Positions 8,986 to 16,337 of a stretch of 20,000 nucleotides of DNA are shown in pieces. Position 1 is the first letter of the stretch; every line of letters begins with the position of its first letter. Source of the stretch: an uncultured virus (IMG/VR IMGVR_UViG_3300027896_000015) (Duplodnaviria; Heunggongvirae; Uroviricota; Caudoviricetes); the IMG/VR virus record IMGVR_UViG_3300027896_000015; one strand, written 5' to 3'. The position numbers were made by a program, and so were the translations under genes. The notes beneath the pieces were generated by a model that worked only from the letters and a program-made list of their open reading frames with translations, searched no databases and had not been told where the DNA came from.

Positions 8986-11900
8986 ATGATCAGGAAAAGA
9001 GCCAGCTTCACCTTGACGGACGTCGTCCCATACGCGCAGGGCGACAGCGGCACGGAGATGATCAGGACGGCAGCCAGGAAGATCGGCATCGACGCCAACC
9101 TGCGCGCGAGGAGCGTCGTGGACTCGGAGCTGAAGAAGCACCCCACGGCCCTGTTCTTCCGCGCCAAGGCGATCGTGGCCGACGAGCCGAACTCCAACGG
9201 CGACATGTTCCCGAAGGACGAGCTGAAGAAGTCCGCCCACACGTTCGTCGGCGTGCCCTTCTGCACGAACCACAACAACAAGGACATCGAGCAGGCCAAG
9301 GGCAAGATCGTCTACGCGGAGTGGGACGAGAACGACAGCGCCATCTACGTCATCGGGTTCGTCGACCGCGAAGCCTATCCGCACATCTGCAGGGGCATCG
9401 AGCACGAGTACATGACCGGAGTCTCGATGGGAGCCCTGAACGGTTCGGCGATGATCCGGATGGCCGACGGCGCGGAGAAGCCGATATCGGAGATCGGAGC
9501 CGGCGAGACGGTCATGTCGGCCTACGGAAGGCCGTGCAAGGTGCTCAAGACGCACTGTGAGTACCTCGGAAAGCCGATGTTCAGCTTCGGGACGGGAACC
9601 TATCACAAGTCGCCGATGTTCACCGAGGACCATCCGTTGATGGTCGTCGAGAAGACGGAAAACGGGTACGACCGCGGATTCATCCGCACGTCGTCGGTTG
9701 AGATCGGCGACTGCGTTGTTGTGCCGTCCAAGTTCTGCTTGAAGCCCGGATCGTCCATTCCTCCAGAAATGTGCTACCTGATCGGAGCGTATCTCGGATC
9801 TGGATTCCTGGAGAAGGACAAGGCCGGCAGGCTTTGCGGCATTCGACTGTGCGTAGAAAGCGGGAAACGAGATTTCGAGCCGAGGCTCATGGACGCCGTC
9901 AAGGCGTGCAGCGAAGGAGAAACGGCGCGCGAAGACAGAAACGGCTTGTGCATTACGGTCTTCGACGGCGCGCTTGCCGAGTGGATGTCGAAGAACGCCG
10001 GAACGGGATCCAAGAAAAGGATCGGGTTCAAGATCGATCGCGAAGACGACGCCAGGCATATCCTCGTCGGATACATTGATATGGGCGGCCGCATGGACTG
10101 GAAAAAGAGGCAAGAAGCCTTCGGCGGGTTCGGCGTATCCGGATCCAATCTTGGGCTTCTTGAGGACGCCCAGTCGCTGCTGATCTCCCTGGGATATGCG
10201 GGAAGAATATGCAAGTCCGAAAAAGATTCGGAAATGATCGGGACCGAGACGTACGTGCTGTCGTCAGATCCGTCAGGCGTTTCTTCCGTCATCGATATCG
10301 GCGGAAGAAAGTGCATGCTGTGCCCCGTCAAGGAGATTTCCAAGACGGACTCGTACGACGAGCCGGTGTACGACCTGAGCGTCGAGGGCGACGAATGCTA
10401 CGTCGCCGACGGGATGGCCGTTCACAACTGCTCGGTCGAGTACTCCGAATGCAGCATCTGCGGAAACGTTGCTACTACAGCCGAAAATTATTGTGAACAT
10501 ATAAAGTTCCGCAAGTCCAGGAAGTTCACCGGATCAGCCAAGAACGTCAAGACGGGCGAGATCAAGAAGTTCAAGGACGCCCCCGTCTACGAGGTGAACT
10601 ACAACGTCCGCTTCATCGAACTGAGCGGCGTAATGGATCCCGCTTGCCACGACTGCAGGATCGAGGGAGTCATCGCCAAGGACGAGAGTCTGGAGAAGGC
10701 CGCAGCCTGCGCGTGCGGAATGAAGAAGAGCGGGCAGCTCGAAGAAGCAGAATACAGCGACGCGGTCATTGCGGCGGCCGTGGAGGTCGTCATGGGAAAA
10801 ATAAGCCGCTCCATGCTGATCCCCGACGAAAAGCTGGACCAGGCCATCGATATCGTCGAGCGCAACGAGAACCGGATCGAGAAGGTGAACGCCCACGGCC
10901 AGCCGTATATCCCGACTCAGCCGGACGACATCGCCAGGATGAGAATGCTCATCCGCGAATTTTCGGACAGGCTTCCCGTAGCCGCGTCCGTCTCCAACAT
11001 TCAGAACGGCCTGCTGATGTACAAGGACGCCGCCATCGAGAAGAACGCCAGCCAGGAGGAGCTGCAGAAGATCGAACAGTGTCTGTCCACCCTCGAAGAG
11101 ATATCGATCAACCTCATTCGCAACCGCAAGAAGGTCGAGACCGAATTCGCCACCGACCTCGTCCAGATATTGTCTGACCTGCAGAAGTTCACGGATGAGC
11201 TGGTCGGGGCGGGATACGGGCAGATGCCTCCGGCTGAGAACGCGATCCCTGGACTGGAAGGCGCCCCTGAAGGAGCCCCTGCGGAGCTTCCTCCCGAGGC
11301 CCAGACCATCCCCACGCCGGCGTCGCCGATGGCGCAGCCTTTGACCGCCGAAACCGAGGCTCCTGTCGGCGCGAACGCGACGGGCGTTCCGGGAACGCCG
11401 GCGATCATCAGGCCGACAATGCCTACTCCGCCGGCATGGAATCTGGCGTCGTCGGACGCCCTGAACAAGGTCGGGAACGCCATTTCAAGGCTGAAAACAG
11501 CGGCATTTCTGGAAGAAAGCCAGGTGAACGCCGCGCAGGAAGGGAGCGAAAAAGACATGAAAAGACGGACGCCCACATCGGCCGCGGCTGACCGCGCAGC
11601 CGTCAAGCAGATTTTGGAATCTTCGTTGAAGGAAAAACAGGCGGAATCGGAGAATAAAGTACATCACGAAGCCGGATTTAACGCAAAGGGAGGATCCACA
11701 ATGTCCGATATCAAGCACGTAGCAGAACGCCAAGACGCTCCGGAAACGATCACAGAGAAGCAGCTCGACGGGAGCGTGAAGTATCATCCGCGGACGGATG
11801 ACAGCAAACACGAAATCACCCAGAAGCAGCTTAAGGAAGAGAGGAACGACGCCGAGCCGACTTCCATTTCCGAAAAGCAGCTGGAAGGCAGCCGCACGGA

Positions 11901-14900
11901 CGGCACCCCCACTGTCATCAGCGAAAAGCAGCTCGAAAAGGTCCGCGAAGGCGTCGACAAGCACACAGTGACGCAGGACCAGCTGGAAAGCGAAGGCTAC
12001 AAGTCCGGCGAGAAGGAAGTCGTCACGGAGAAGCAGCTTGACACGAAGCCGACGGACATCTGGAGCCGCGCGGCGTTCTCCCGCAAGAACATCAAGACGG
12101 CCCAGGAGCATCTGGACGGCGTGCTGGCGGCGCTGGCAGGCGCCGCGATCGCCACCGGCAGCACTCCCGAGGACGTCAAGGCGTCGGTCGCAGGCCTGGT
12201 CGGCGACGTCCGGTCGAAGACCGCGACGCTGGACGCGATCACGTCCCCCGTTACGGATGGCGACAGGGTCTCCGCCAAGGACATCCTGGCGAAGGCGAAG
12301 TACTGGTCGCAGCGCGGCATCGTCGTCGCGGCCAAGGACCTGGCCGGCAGGATCGTTTCGGGCCTGCGCGTGCTGGTCGCCGAGGACGAGGGCATGAGCG
12401 CCGAGGACATCATGGACACGGTGGATGTCCTGGCTGACGACAAGGATTCGGCCAAGGAAATCTCGCTGGCGATCGACAAGATGGCCGCGGAAGGCGACAA
12501 GCCGGCCGCCGCAGCGTCCAGGAAGGACGAGATCAGGAAGGCTCTGGCGTCCAAGAAGGTCGTCAAGGCCGATACCAAGCCTCCCGTCGAAGAGGACAGC
12601 AGGCCCCGCGACATCTCCGGCAGGAAGGACCGCGACCAGGAGCGCGGCGCCATGAAGGACAAGCTGGCGAGGAAGGCCACGCACCGCATCAGCGCGACGC
12701 CCGAGGAAGTCGGAACGACCAAAGAAGAGGTCGTGAAGAACTCGTCCGAGGCCAAGAGGAAGATCGTCGCTTTCGTCAATAAGATCGCGTCGATGGACAG
12801 CGTCGAAGTCGATGAGAAGGTCGGCGGCCAGTTCGTGAAGAAGGCCTCGACCCTGAAGAACGCCGGCATCCTGAACGTGAAGTTCGACGGCGAGCAGCTG
12901 CACATCGCGGTCGAGGTCGGCGGGGAGAAGGCCGACCTGTCCATTCCGGCAGACGAGACGGCTCCTGCGTCCGTTCCGGTCGAGGGCGACGTGACGGGAG
13001 AGAACCTTGACGCGCTGGCCCAGCCGGCCGACCAGGTTTCGCCTCCGGTGCCGCCTCCGGTCAACGCGCCGCTGCCGACAGCCGCGGCCAAGGTGAATAT
13101 GGAGAAGAAGGCCCAGTTCGGCGGCGGGACGGGCGGCGGGCTTCCTGGCACAACCCCGGGCGGAGTCGGCGACCCTGCGGCCGCAGGCGCCATGCCCAAC
13201 GCGTCGCCGGCCATGGACCAGGCGGTCCAGAGCCTGACGGCCGAGGCCCCGAAGACGGAAGAGGAGCTTCCGGGACCCGGCGAACAGATGATGCCGGGAA
13301 CGGTCTGCCCGATCTGCCATTCGACCGACACGGAAGTCGGGGCGGAAGGGCGCCCTGCCGGCCAGTTCACCTGCAACGGCTGCGGAGCGGTCTACGAGAT
13401 GCACGTCATGATCGAGGTGCTCAACCCCGAGAAGATGACCTTCGAGAAGGACAAGGCCGACGCGGACAAGAAGATCGAGGCGCCTGAGCTGCCCTCGATG
13501 CCCGTCGCCGCCAGCATCAAGCTGACGAAGGACAGCCTGCAGAAGATCGCGTCGTACGAGGCGAAAATCGGGCACGTCTGCCCGGCGTGCGGCATGACCG
13601 GATGCAAGCCGGTGTCGAAGTCCGCAGGCAGGACCGAGTACGTCTGCCCGTCCTGCGAGACGAGGACGGCCAAGGACACGCTGGTCAGCAAGGACGACCC
13701 GTCCGACGCCGCCATGATGGTGTCCTGGACGCTGGACCCCAAGAAGTCCGGCAAGGCGAACTGCGAGACCTGCAGGAAGGCGGCCAGGAAGTTCGCCGCC
13801 CAGGTCAACGTCGCCAGGATGATCCGCACCGCGGCCGAGACGCCGTTCCCGATGGCGAACTGCGTCGAGCGCATCAACCGCAAGTGGGGATCGAACTCGG
13901 TCGCCACGTACGGACCCTGCAAGGGCAAGCCCCTGGCGGAATGCGCCTGCAAGCAGCTGGCCGCGTTCGGCATGAGGGACGTCGGAGACATGAACAGGAT
14001 CGCCTCGACGTACGCCATGCGCGACCCGATGGACGAGTGCCTGGAAATCCACCAGAACGGCAAGATGGGGCGGTACAACGAGGCCCAGGCCGGGATCATC
14101 TGCAAGGAAATGCAGCGGAAGTACGCCAAGGAGCAGGACTCCAACGAGTTCCTGATGGCGTTCGCCGACAGCAAGAAATACGCAACCGAGGAGCTCAGAG
14201 TCATGAAGGACAAGTGGACCGAGATGATCAGGAGGCAGGCTCAAGCCCTTGACGAGATGAACGACGACACCGACATCGGCGAGCCGCTGCCGGCCGCCGG
14301 AGAGCCGGAGATTCCGGACACGGTGACGATCGAGCTGCCCGCTGGGGTCGCCGAGGACGTCAAGGAGCAGATCGCGGAGAAGACCGAGGAGGCGCCCGCG
14401 GCCCTCGCGTCCGAAGAGGTCGTCGTCGAGGCGGCTCCCGAGGCTCCGGCGGTCGAGCCCGCGCCGGCGGTCGTAGCATCCGCCAAGCCGGTCGTCAAGA
14501 CGGCCGACAAGCCCAAGAAGGTCGAGGACGGCCAGCACGACGTCAAGTCCGGGGTTCCCCGCGGCAACGCCGCGATCAAGAACGAAGGCCCTGACAACAT
14601 CGACGTGAAGCCGAAGACTCCGGACATTCCGAGGGGCGACGCGGCGATGGGCGGCGAGAGCAAGGACAACATCGACGTCAAGATCGATCTCCCGGACATT
14701 CCGGTCGACGACGCGAAGATGGGCGGCGAGAAGGAGACCCAGAAGGACATGCCGGCCGTCAACGTCGAGATCCGCGGCAGGGTGATCGCGGAAGCCAAGC
14801 CGGCGACCAAGACCGCGGCCAAGCCGACGAAGGTCGTCGACGGAGAGAAGGACGTCGAGGCGGGAGTTCCCCGCGGCAACGCCGAGATCATGAACGAAGG

Positions 14901-15459
14901 CAAGGACAACATCAACGTCGTCGCCAAGGATCCCGACATTCCGAGAGGGGACGCCAGGATGGGCAACGAAGGCCCCGACAACATCGACGTGAAGGCCGAC
15001 CTTCCGGACATCCCGGTGGACGACGCCAAGATGGGCGGCGAGAAGGAGACCCAGAAGGACATGCCCGCGATCAACAACGAGATCCGAGGGCGCGTGATCG
15101 CCGAGAAGCGCGACCGCCAGATGGAGCGCATCGCCGCGGCCAGGCACAAGAAGGCCTGCCAGGTTGCGTCCAAGCTGCTCGGACAGGGGCGCATCGCCGA
15201 GGCCGACTTCGACGCGGTGGTCGAGGACCTGTCGAAGATCGAGGCCGACCGGATCGAGGCGTTCGCGGACAGGGTGTTCAAGGCCGCTTCCCAGGCGAGC
15301 CCGACGACGCTTCCGTCGCCGATCGTCCAGGAGGCCTCCAGCTACGCCGACGAGCGCAAGCCGAAGGAGCAGAAGTCCCTGAAGGACACGTTCGCCGGAT
15401 GGTTTACGGTCGGCACGCCGGCCCTGGACAAGGAGATCAGGGGCCAGGACGCCGAGTAG
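8986..15459 (+). CDS. Prohead maturation protease / scaffold polyprotein precursor with one intein (2157 aa, about 1825 aa spliced)
   Basis: RBS GGGAGAGG. N-terminal domain NSNGDMF..FVGVPFCTNH..GKIV..GVSMG|CSVEYSECSICGN..FIELSGVMDPA has His and GxSxG Ser motifs typical of HK97/herpes-fold prohead proteases. A long repeat-rich, zinc-ribbon-rich C-terminal region follows, and the capsid genes are next. Confidence 0.8.
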   Translation: MIRKRASFTLTDVVPYAQGDSGTEMIRTAARKIGIDANLRARSVVDSELKKHPTALFFRAKAIVADEPNSNGDMFPKDELKKSAHTFVGVPFCTNHNNKDIEQAKGKIVYAEWDENDSAIYVIGFVDREAYPHICRGIEHEYMTGVSMGALNGSAMIRMADGAEKPISEIGAGETVMSAYGRPCKVLKTHCEYLGKPMFSFGTGTYHKSPMFTEDHPLMVVEKTENGYDRGFIRTSSVEIGDCVVVPSKFCLKPGSSIPPEMCYLIGAYLGSGFLEKDKAGRLCGIRLCVESGKRDFEPRLMDAVKACSEGETAREDRNGLCITVFDGALAEWMSKNAGTGSKKRIGFKIDREDDARHILVGYIDMGGRMDWKKRQEAFGGFGVSGSNLGLLEDAQSLLISLGYAGRICKSEKDSEMIGTETYVLSSDPSGVSSVIDIGGRKCMLCPVKEISKTDSYDEPVYDLSVEGDECYVADGMAVHNCSVEYSECSICGNVATTAENYCEHIKFRKSRKFTGSAKNVKTGEIKKFKDAPVYEVNYNVRFIELSGVMDPACHDCRIEGVIAKDESLEKAAACACGMKKSGQLEEAEYSDAVIAAAVEVVMGKISRSMLIPDEKLDQAIDIVERNENRIEKVNAHGQPYIPTQPDDIARMRMLIREFSDRLPVAASVSNIQNGLLMYKDAAIEKNASQEELQKIEQCLSTLEEISINLIRNRKKVETEFATDLVQILSDLQKFTDELVGAGYGQMPPAENAIPGLEGAPEGAPAELPPEAQTIPTPASPMAQPLTAETEAPVGANATGVPGTPAIIRPTMPTPPAWNLASSDALNKVGNAISRLKTAAFLEESQVNAAQEGSEKDMKRRTPTSAAADRAAVKQILESSLKEKQAESENKVHHEAGFNAKGGSTMSDIKHVAERQDAPETITEKQLDGSVKYHPRTDDSKHEITQKQLKEERNDAEPTSISEKQLEGSRTDGTPTVISEKQLEKVREGVDKHTVTQDQLESEGYKSGEKEVVTEKQLDTKPTDIWSRAAFSRKNIKTAQEHLDGVLAALAGAAIATGSTPEDVKASVAGLVGDVRSKTATLDAITSPVTDGDRVSAKDILAKAKYWSQRGIVVAAKDLAGRIVSGLRVLVAEDEGMSAEDIMDTVDVLADDKDSAKEISLAIDKMAAEGDKPAAAASRKDEIRKALASKKVVKADTKPPVEEDSRPRDISGRKDRDQERGAMKDKLARKATHRISATPEEVGTTKEEVVKNSSEAKRKIVAFVNKIASMDSVEVDEKVGGQFVKKASTLKNAGILNVKFDGEQLHIAVEVGGEKADLSIPADETAPASVPVEGDVTGENLDALAQPADQVSPPVPPPVNAPLPTAAAKVNMEKKAQFGGGTGGGLPGTTPGGVGDPAAAGAMPNASPAMDQAVQSLTAEAPKTEEELPGPGEQMMPGTVCPICHSTDTEVGAEGRPAGQFTCNGCGAVYEMHVMIEVLNPEKMTFEKDKADADKKIEAPELPSMPVAASIKLTKDSLQKIASYEAKIGHVCPACGMTGCKPVSKSAGRTEYVCPSCETRTAKDTLVSKDDPSDAAMMVSWTLDPKKSGKANCETCRKAARKFAAQVNVARMIRTAAETPFPMANCVERINRKWGSNSVATYGPCKGKPLAECACKQLAAFGMRDVGDMNRIASTYAMRDPMDECLEIHQNGKMGRYNEAQAGIICKEMQRKYAKEQDSNEFLMAFADSKKYATEELRVMKDKWTEMIRRQAQALDEMNDDTDIGEPLPAAGEPEIPDTVTIELPAGVAEDVKEQIAEKTEEAPAALASEEVVVEAAPEAPAVEPAPAVVASAKPVVKTADKPKKVEDGQHDVKSGVPRGNAAIKNEGPDNIDVKPKTPDIPRGDAAMGGESKDNIDVKIDLPDIPVDDAKMGGEKETQKDMPAVNVEIRGRVIAEAKPATKTAAKPTKVVDGEKDVEAGVPRGNAEIMNEGKDNINVVAKDPDIPRGDARMGNEGPDNIDVKADLPDIPVDDAKMGGEKETQKDMPAINNEIRGRVIAEKRDRQMERIAAARHKKACQVASKLLGQGRIAEADFDAVVEDLSKIEADRIEAFADRVFKAASQASPTTLPSPIVQEASSYADERKPKEQKSLKDTFAGWFTVGTPALDKEIRGQDAE
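9433..10428 (+). mobile_element. Intein 4 in prohead protease (332 aa, Ala1, degenerate LAGLIDADG endonuclease)
   Basis: Starts ALNGSAMIRMADGAEKPISEI, block B FTEDHPLMV, ends PVYDLSVEGDECYVADGMAVHN, then Cys+1. Endonuclease motifs YLIGAYLGSG and ILVGYIDMGG lack the usual acidic catalytic residues. Confidence 0.88.
11629..11657 (+). promoter_or_regulatory. Bipartite promoter-like motif, copy 2, inside the protease gene (AGGAAA-N16-GAATAA)
   Basis: Same spacing as the intergenic copies, within an AT-richer patch, 43 nt upstream of in-frame ATG 11701 with a GGGAGG RBS. Confidence 0.6.
11701..15459 (+). CDS. Predicted nested in-frame scaffold/core protein (1252 aa) from an internal start in the protease gene
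   Basis: GGGAGG at 11688-11693, 7-nt spacer, ATG 11701 (MSDIKHVAE). Upstream promoter-like motif. An alternative in-frame ATG at 11557 has a weaker RBS. Confidence 0.55.
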   Translation: MSDIKHVAERQDAPETITEKQLDGSVKYHPRTDDSKHEITQKQLKEERNDAEPTSISEKQLEGSRTDGTPTVISEKQLEKVREGVDKHTVTQDQLESEGYKSGEKEVVTEKQLDTKPTDIWSRAAFSRKNIKTAQEHLDGVLAALAGAAIATGSTPEDVKASVAGLVGDVRSKTATLDAITSPVTDGDRVSAKDILAKAKYWSQRGIVVAAKDLAGRIVSGLRVLVAEDEGMSAEDIMDTVDVLADDKDSAKEISLAIDKMAAEGDKPAAAASRKDEIRKALASKKVVKADTKPPVEEDSRPRDISGRKDRDQERGAMKDKLARKATHRISATPEEVGTTKEEVVKNSSEAKRKIVAFVNKIASMDSVEVDEKVGGQFVKKASTLKNAGILNVKFDGEQLHIAVEVGGEKADLSIPADETAPASVPVEGDVTGENLDALAQPADQVSPPVPPPVNAPLPTAAAKVNMEKKAQFGGGTGGGLPGTTPGGVGDPAAAGAMPNASPAMDQAVQSLTAEAPKTEEELPGPGEQMMPGTVCPICHSTDTEVGAEGRPAGQFTCNGCGAVYEMHVMIEVLNPEKMTFEKDKADADKKIEAPELPSMPVAASIKLTKDSLQKIASYEAKIGHVCPACGMTGCKPVSKSAGRTEYVCPSCETRTAKDTLVSKDDPSDAAMMVSWTLDPKKSGKANCETCRKAARKFAAQVNVARMIRTAAETPFPMANCVERINRKWGSNSVATYGPCKGKPLAECACKQLAAFGMRDVGDMNRIASTYAMRDPMDECLEIHQNGKMGRYNEAQAGIICKEMQRKYAKEQDSNEFLMAFADSKKYATEELRVMKDKWTEMIRRQAQALDEMNDDTDIGEPLPAAGEPEIPDTVTIELPAGVAEDVKEQIAEKTEEAPAALASEEVVVEAAPEAPAVEPAPAVVASAKPVVKTADKPKKVEDGQHDVKSGVPRGNAAIKNEGPDNIDVKPKTPDIPRGDAAMGGESKDNIDVKIDLPDIPVDDAKMGGEKETQKDMPAVNVEIRGRVIAEAKPATKTAAKPTKVVDGEKDVEAGVPRGNAEIMNEGKDNINVVAKDPDIPRGDARMGNEGPDNIDVKADLPDIPVDDAKMGGEKETQKDMPAINNEIRGRVIAEKRDRQMERIAAARHKKACQVASKLLGQGRIAEADFDAVVEDLSKIEADRIEAFADRVFKAASQASPTTLPSPIVQEASSYADERKPKEQKSLKDTFAGWFTVGTPALDKEIRGQDAE
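11728..12039 (+). repeat. Six copies of a 17-22 aa repeat, consensus (I/V)(T/S)(E/Q)KQL
   Basis: ITEKQL, ITQKQL, ISEKQL, ISEKQL, VTQDQL, VTEKQL. Gln codons at 11761, 11827, 11878, 11929, 11980 and 12034 (spacing 66, 51, 51, 51, 54 nt). Confidence 0.85.
14482..15105 (+). repeat. Tandem duplication of a 312-nt (104-aa) unit with internal subrepeats of about 22 aa
   Basis: Units 14482-14793 and 14794-15105 share GVPRGNA, DIPRGDA, DLPDIPVDDAKMGGEKETQKDMPA and EIRGRVIAE. Confidence 0.9.
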
Positions 15460-15482
15460 CCCGGCATCGAAAGGAAAACGAG

Positions 15483-15515
15483 GCGAAGCCCGCGGAAACG
15501 CGGGCTTCGCTTTTT
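15483..15515 (+). terminator. Rho-independent terminator after the protease/scaffold gene
   Basis: Perfect 12-bp stem GCGAAGCCCGCG / CGCGGGCTTCGC, GAAA loop, then TTTTT. Confidence 0.9.
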
Positions 15516-15528
15516 AAGCCGATTCATG

Positions 15529-15557
15529 CAGGAATTTCCGGGACGGTTTAAGAATAG
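15529..15557 (+). promoter_or_regulatory. Bipartite promoter-like motif, copy 3 (AGGAAT-N16-GAATAG), for the decoration-capsid operon
   Basis: Directly after a terminator, where the capsid genes need a new promoter. Same spacing as the other copies. Confidence 0.65.
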
Positions 15558-15742
15558 GTAGTGCGTGAACAACGGTGTCCGGTTCCGGGTGGAATCGGAC
15601 GATGGTCCGACGCAACTCTACGACGCAGACTTCGAAGCGCGCATTCAGACGCAAAGGACGGCGCAGCCTACGACGCATCTTGGACGCCTGACAGGAAGCA
15701 TTTCAACGGGCCACAGGGACAAAGAAAACAAGGAGAACGACA

Positions 15743-16267
15743 ATGGCGCTAGTTCCTAAATTCCATGTCGTCCCCGCATTGTGCGCTGTCGATACGGTCG
15801 CCTCGCTGGAAATCAAGATGGGCATGCTCGTCACGATTACCTCGGCGGGAGTGAAGCGCGTCGAAGCCGCCACCGTGGGCAAGGTCTACGGGATCGCGGG
15901 CGACAACTACAGCACCACATCGGCGTCGATGCCTGGCATCAGCCCGGGGTGGCAGAACAGGGTCTCGGACGGCTACAACGAGACGAAGGCGTCGGGCGAG
16001 ATGACGGTCTACCACAGCGGCGGCGAGTTCGCCACCGACATGTTCGAGACCGGCATGGTGGCCGCGGACGTCGGCAAGTACCTCAAGGCATCCGTGAACG
16101 GCAAGCTGACGCTCGACGGCGCCGTAGAGACGCTGAGCTCGATCGCGGTCCTGACGCGGGCGCCCGGTGCCTATCCGTCCGGAGTTCCCGGCACGGACAT
16201 CAACGGGGATATCGCGCTCGGCGGAGCGAACAACAACCAGTACATCGAGTGCAAGCTGATCATCTAG
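15743..16267 (+). CDS. Probable head decoration / capsid cement protein (174 aa)
   Basis: RBS AAGGAG. Small, Gly-rich, beta-rich protein (IKMGMLV, YGIAGD, ASGEMTVYHSGGEFATDMF, GKYLKASVNGKLT) immediately upstream of the major capsid gene, the usual position for this protein. Confidence 0.65.
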   Translation: MALVPKFHVVPALCAVDTVASLEIKMGMLVTITSAGVKRVEAATVGKVYGIAGDNYSTTSASMPGISPGWQNRVSDGYNETKASGEMTVYHSGGEFATDMFETGMVAADVGKYLKASVNGKLTLDGAVETLSSIAVLTRAPGAYPSGVPGTDINGDIALGGANNNQYIECKLII

Positions 16268-16337
16268 GTGATCGGACCCGCTCGCGTGGAAGGGAATGAG
16301 TCAATCCGCCTCGGCGGATCACTCAAGGAGAACGAAA

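Noticed and set aside
13090..13101. Possible further internal start AAGGTGAAT-ATG (MEKKAQF)
   Set aside because: The RBS-to-ATG spacing is too short and I found no upstream promoter motif.
14482..15105. DNA repeats as a possible CRISPR array
   Set aside because: The repeats are in-frame, degenerate at synonymous positions and lack unique spacers, so they are protein repeats.
11485..15147. 1220-aa minus-strand ORF, plus other long antisense ORFs (6451-8712, 8887-10113, 11997-13376, 14241-15281)
   Set aside because: Antisense shadows of high-GC3 plus-strand genes, with biased composition (Leu/Val/Gly/Arg or Ser rich) and no recognisable motifs.
15561..15759. Small ORFs of 63-64 aa in the capsid operon leader
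   Set aside because: They start within a few nt of the predicted TSS, lack an RBS and overlap the decoration gene start. A structured leader is the better explanation, though a leaderless peptide cannot be excluded.
16296..16337. N-terminal extension of the capsid ORF, and overlapping ORF 16268-16846
   Set aside because: ATG 16338 has a strong AAGGAG matching that of the decoration gene. The overlapping frame has no protein-like features.
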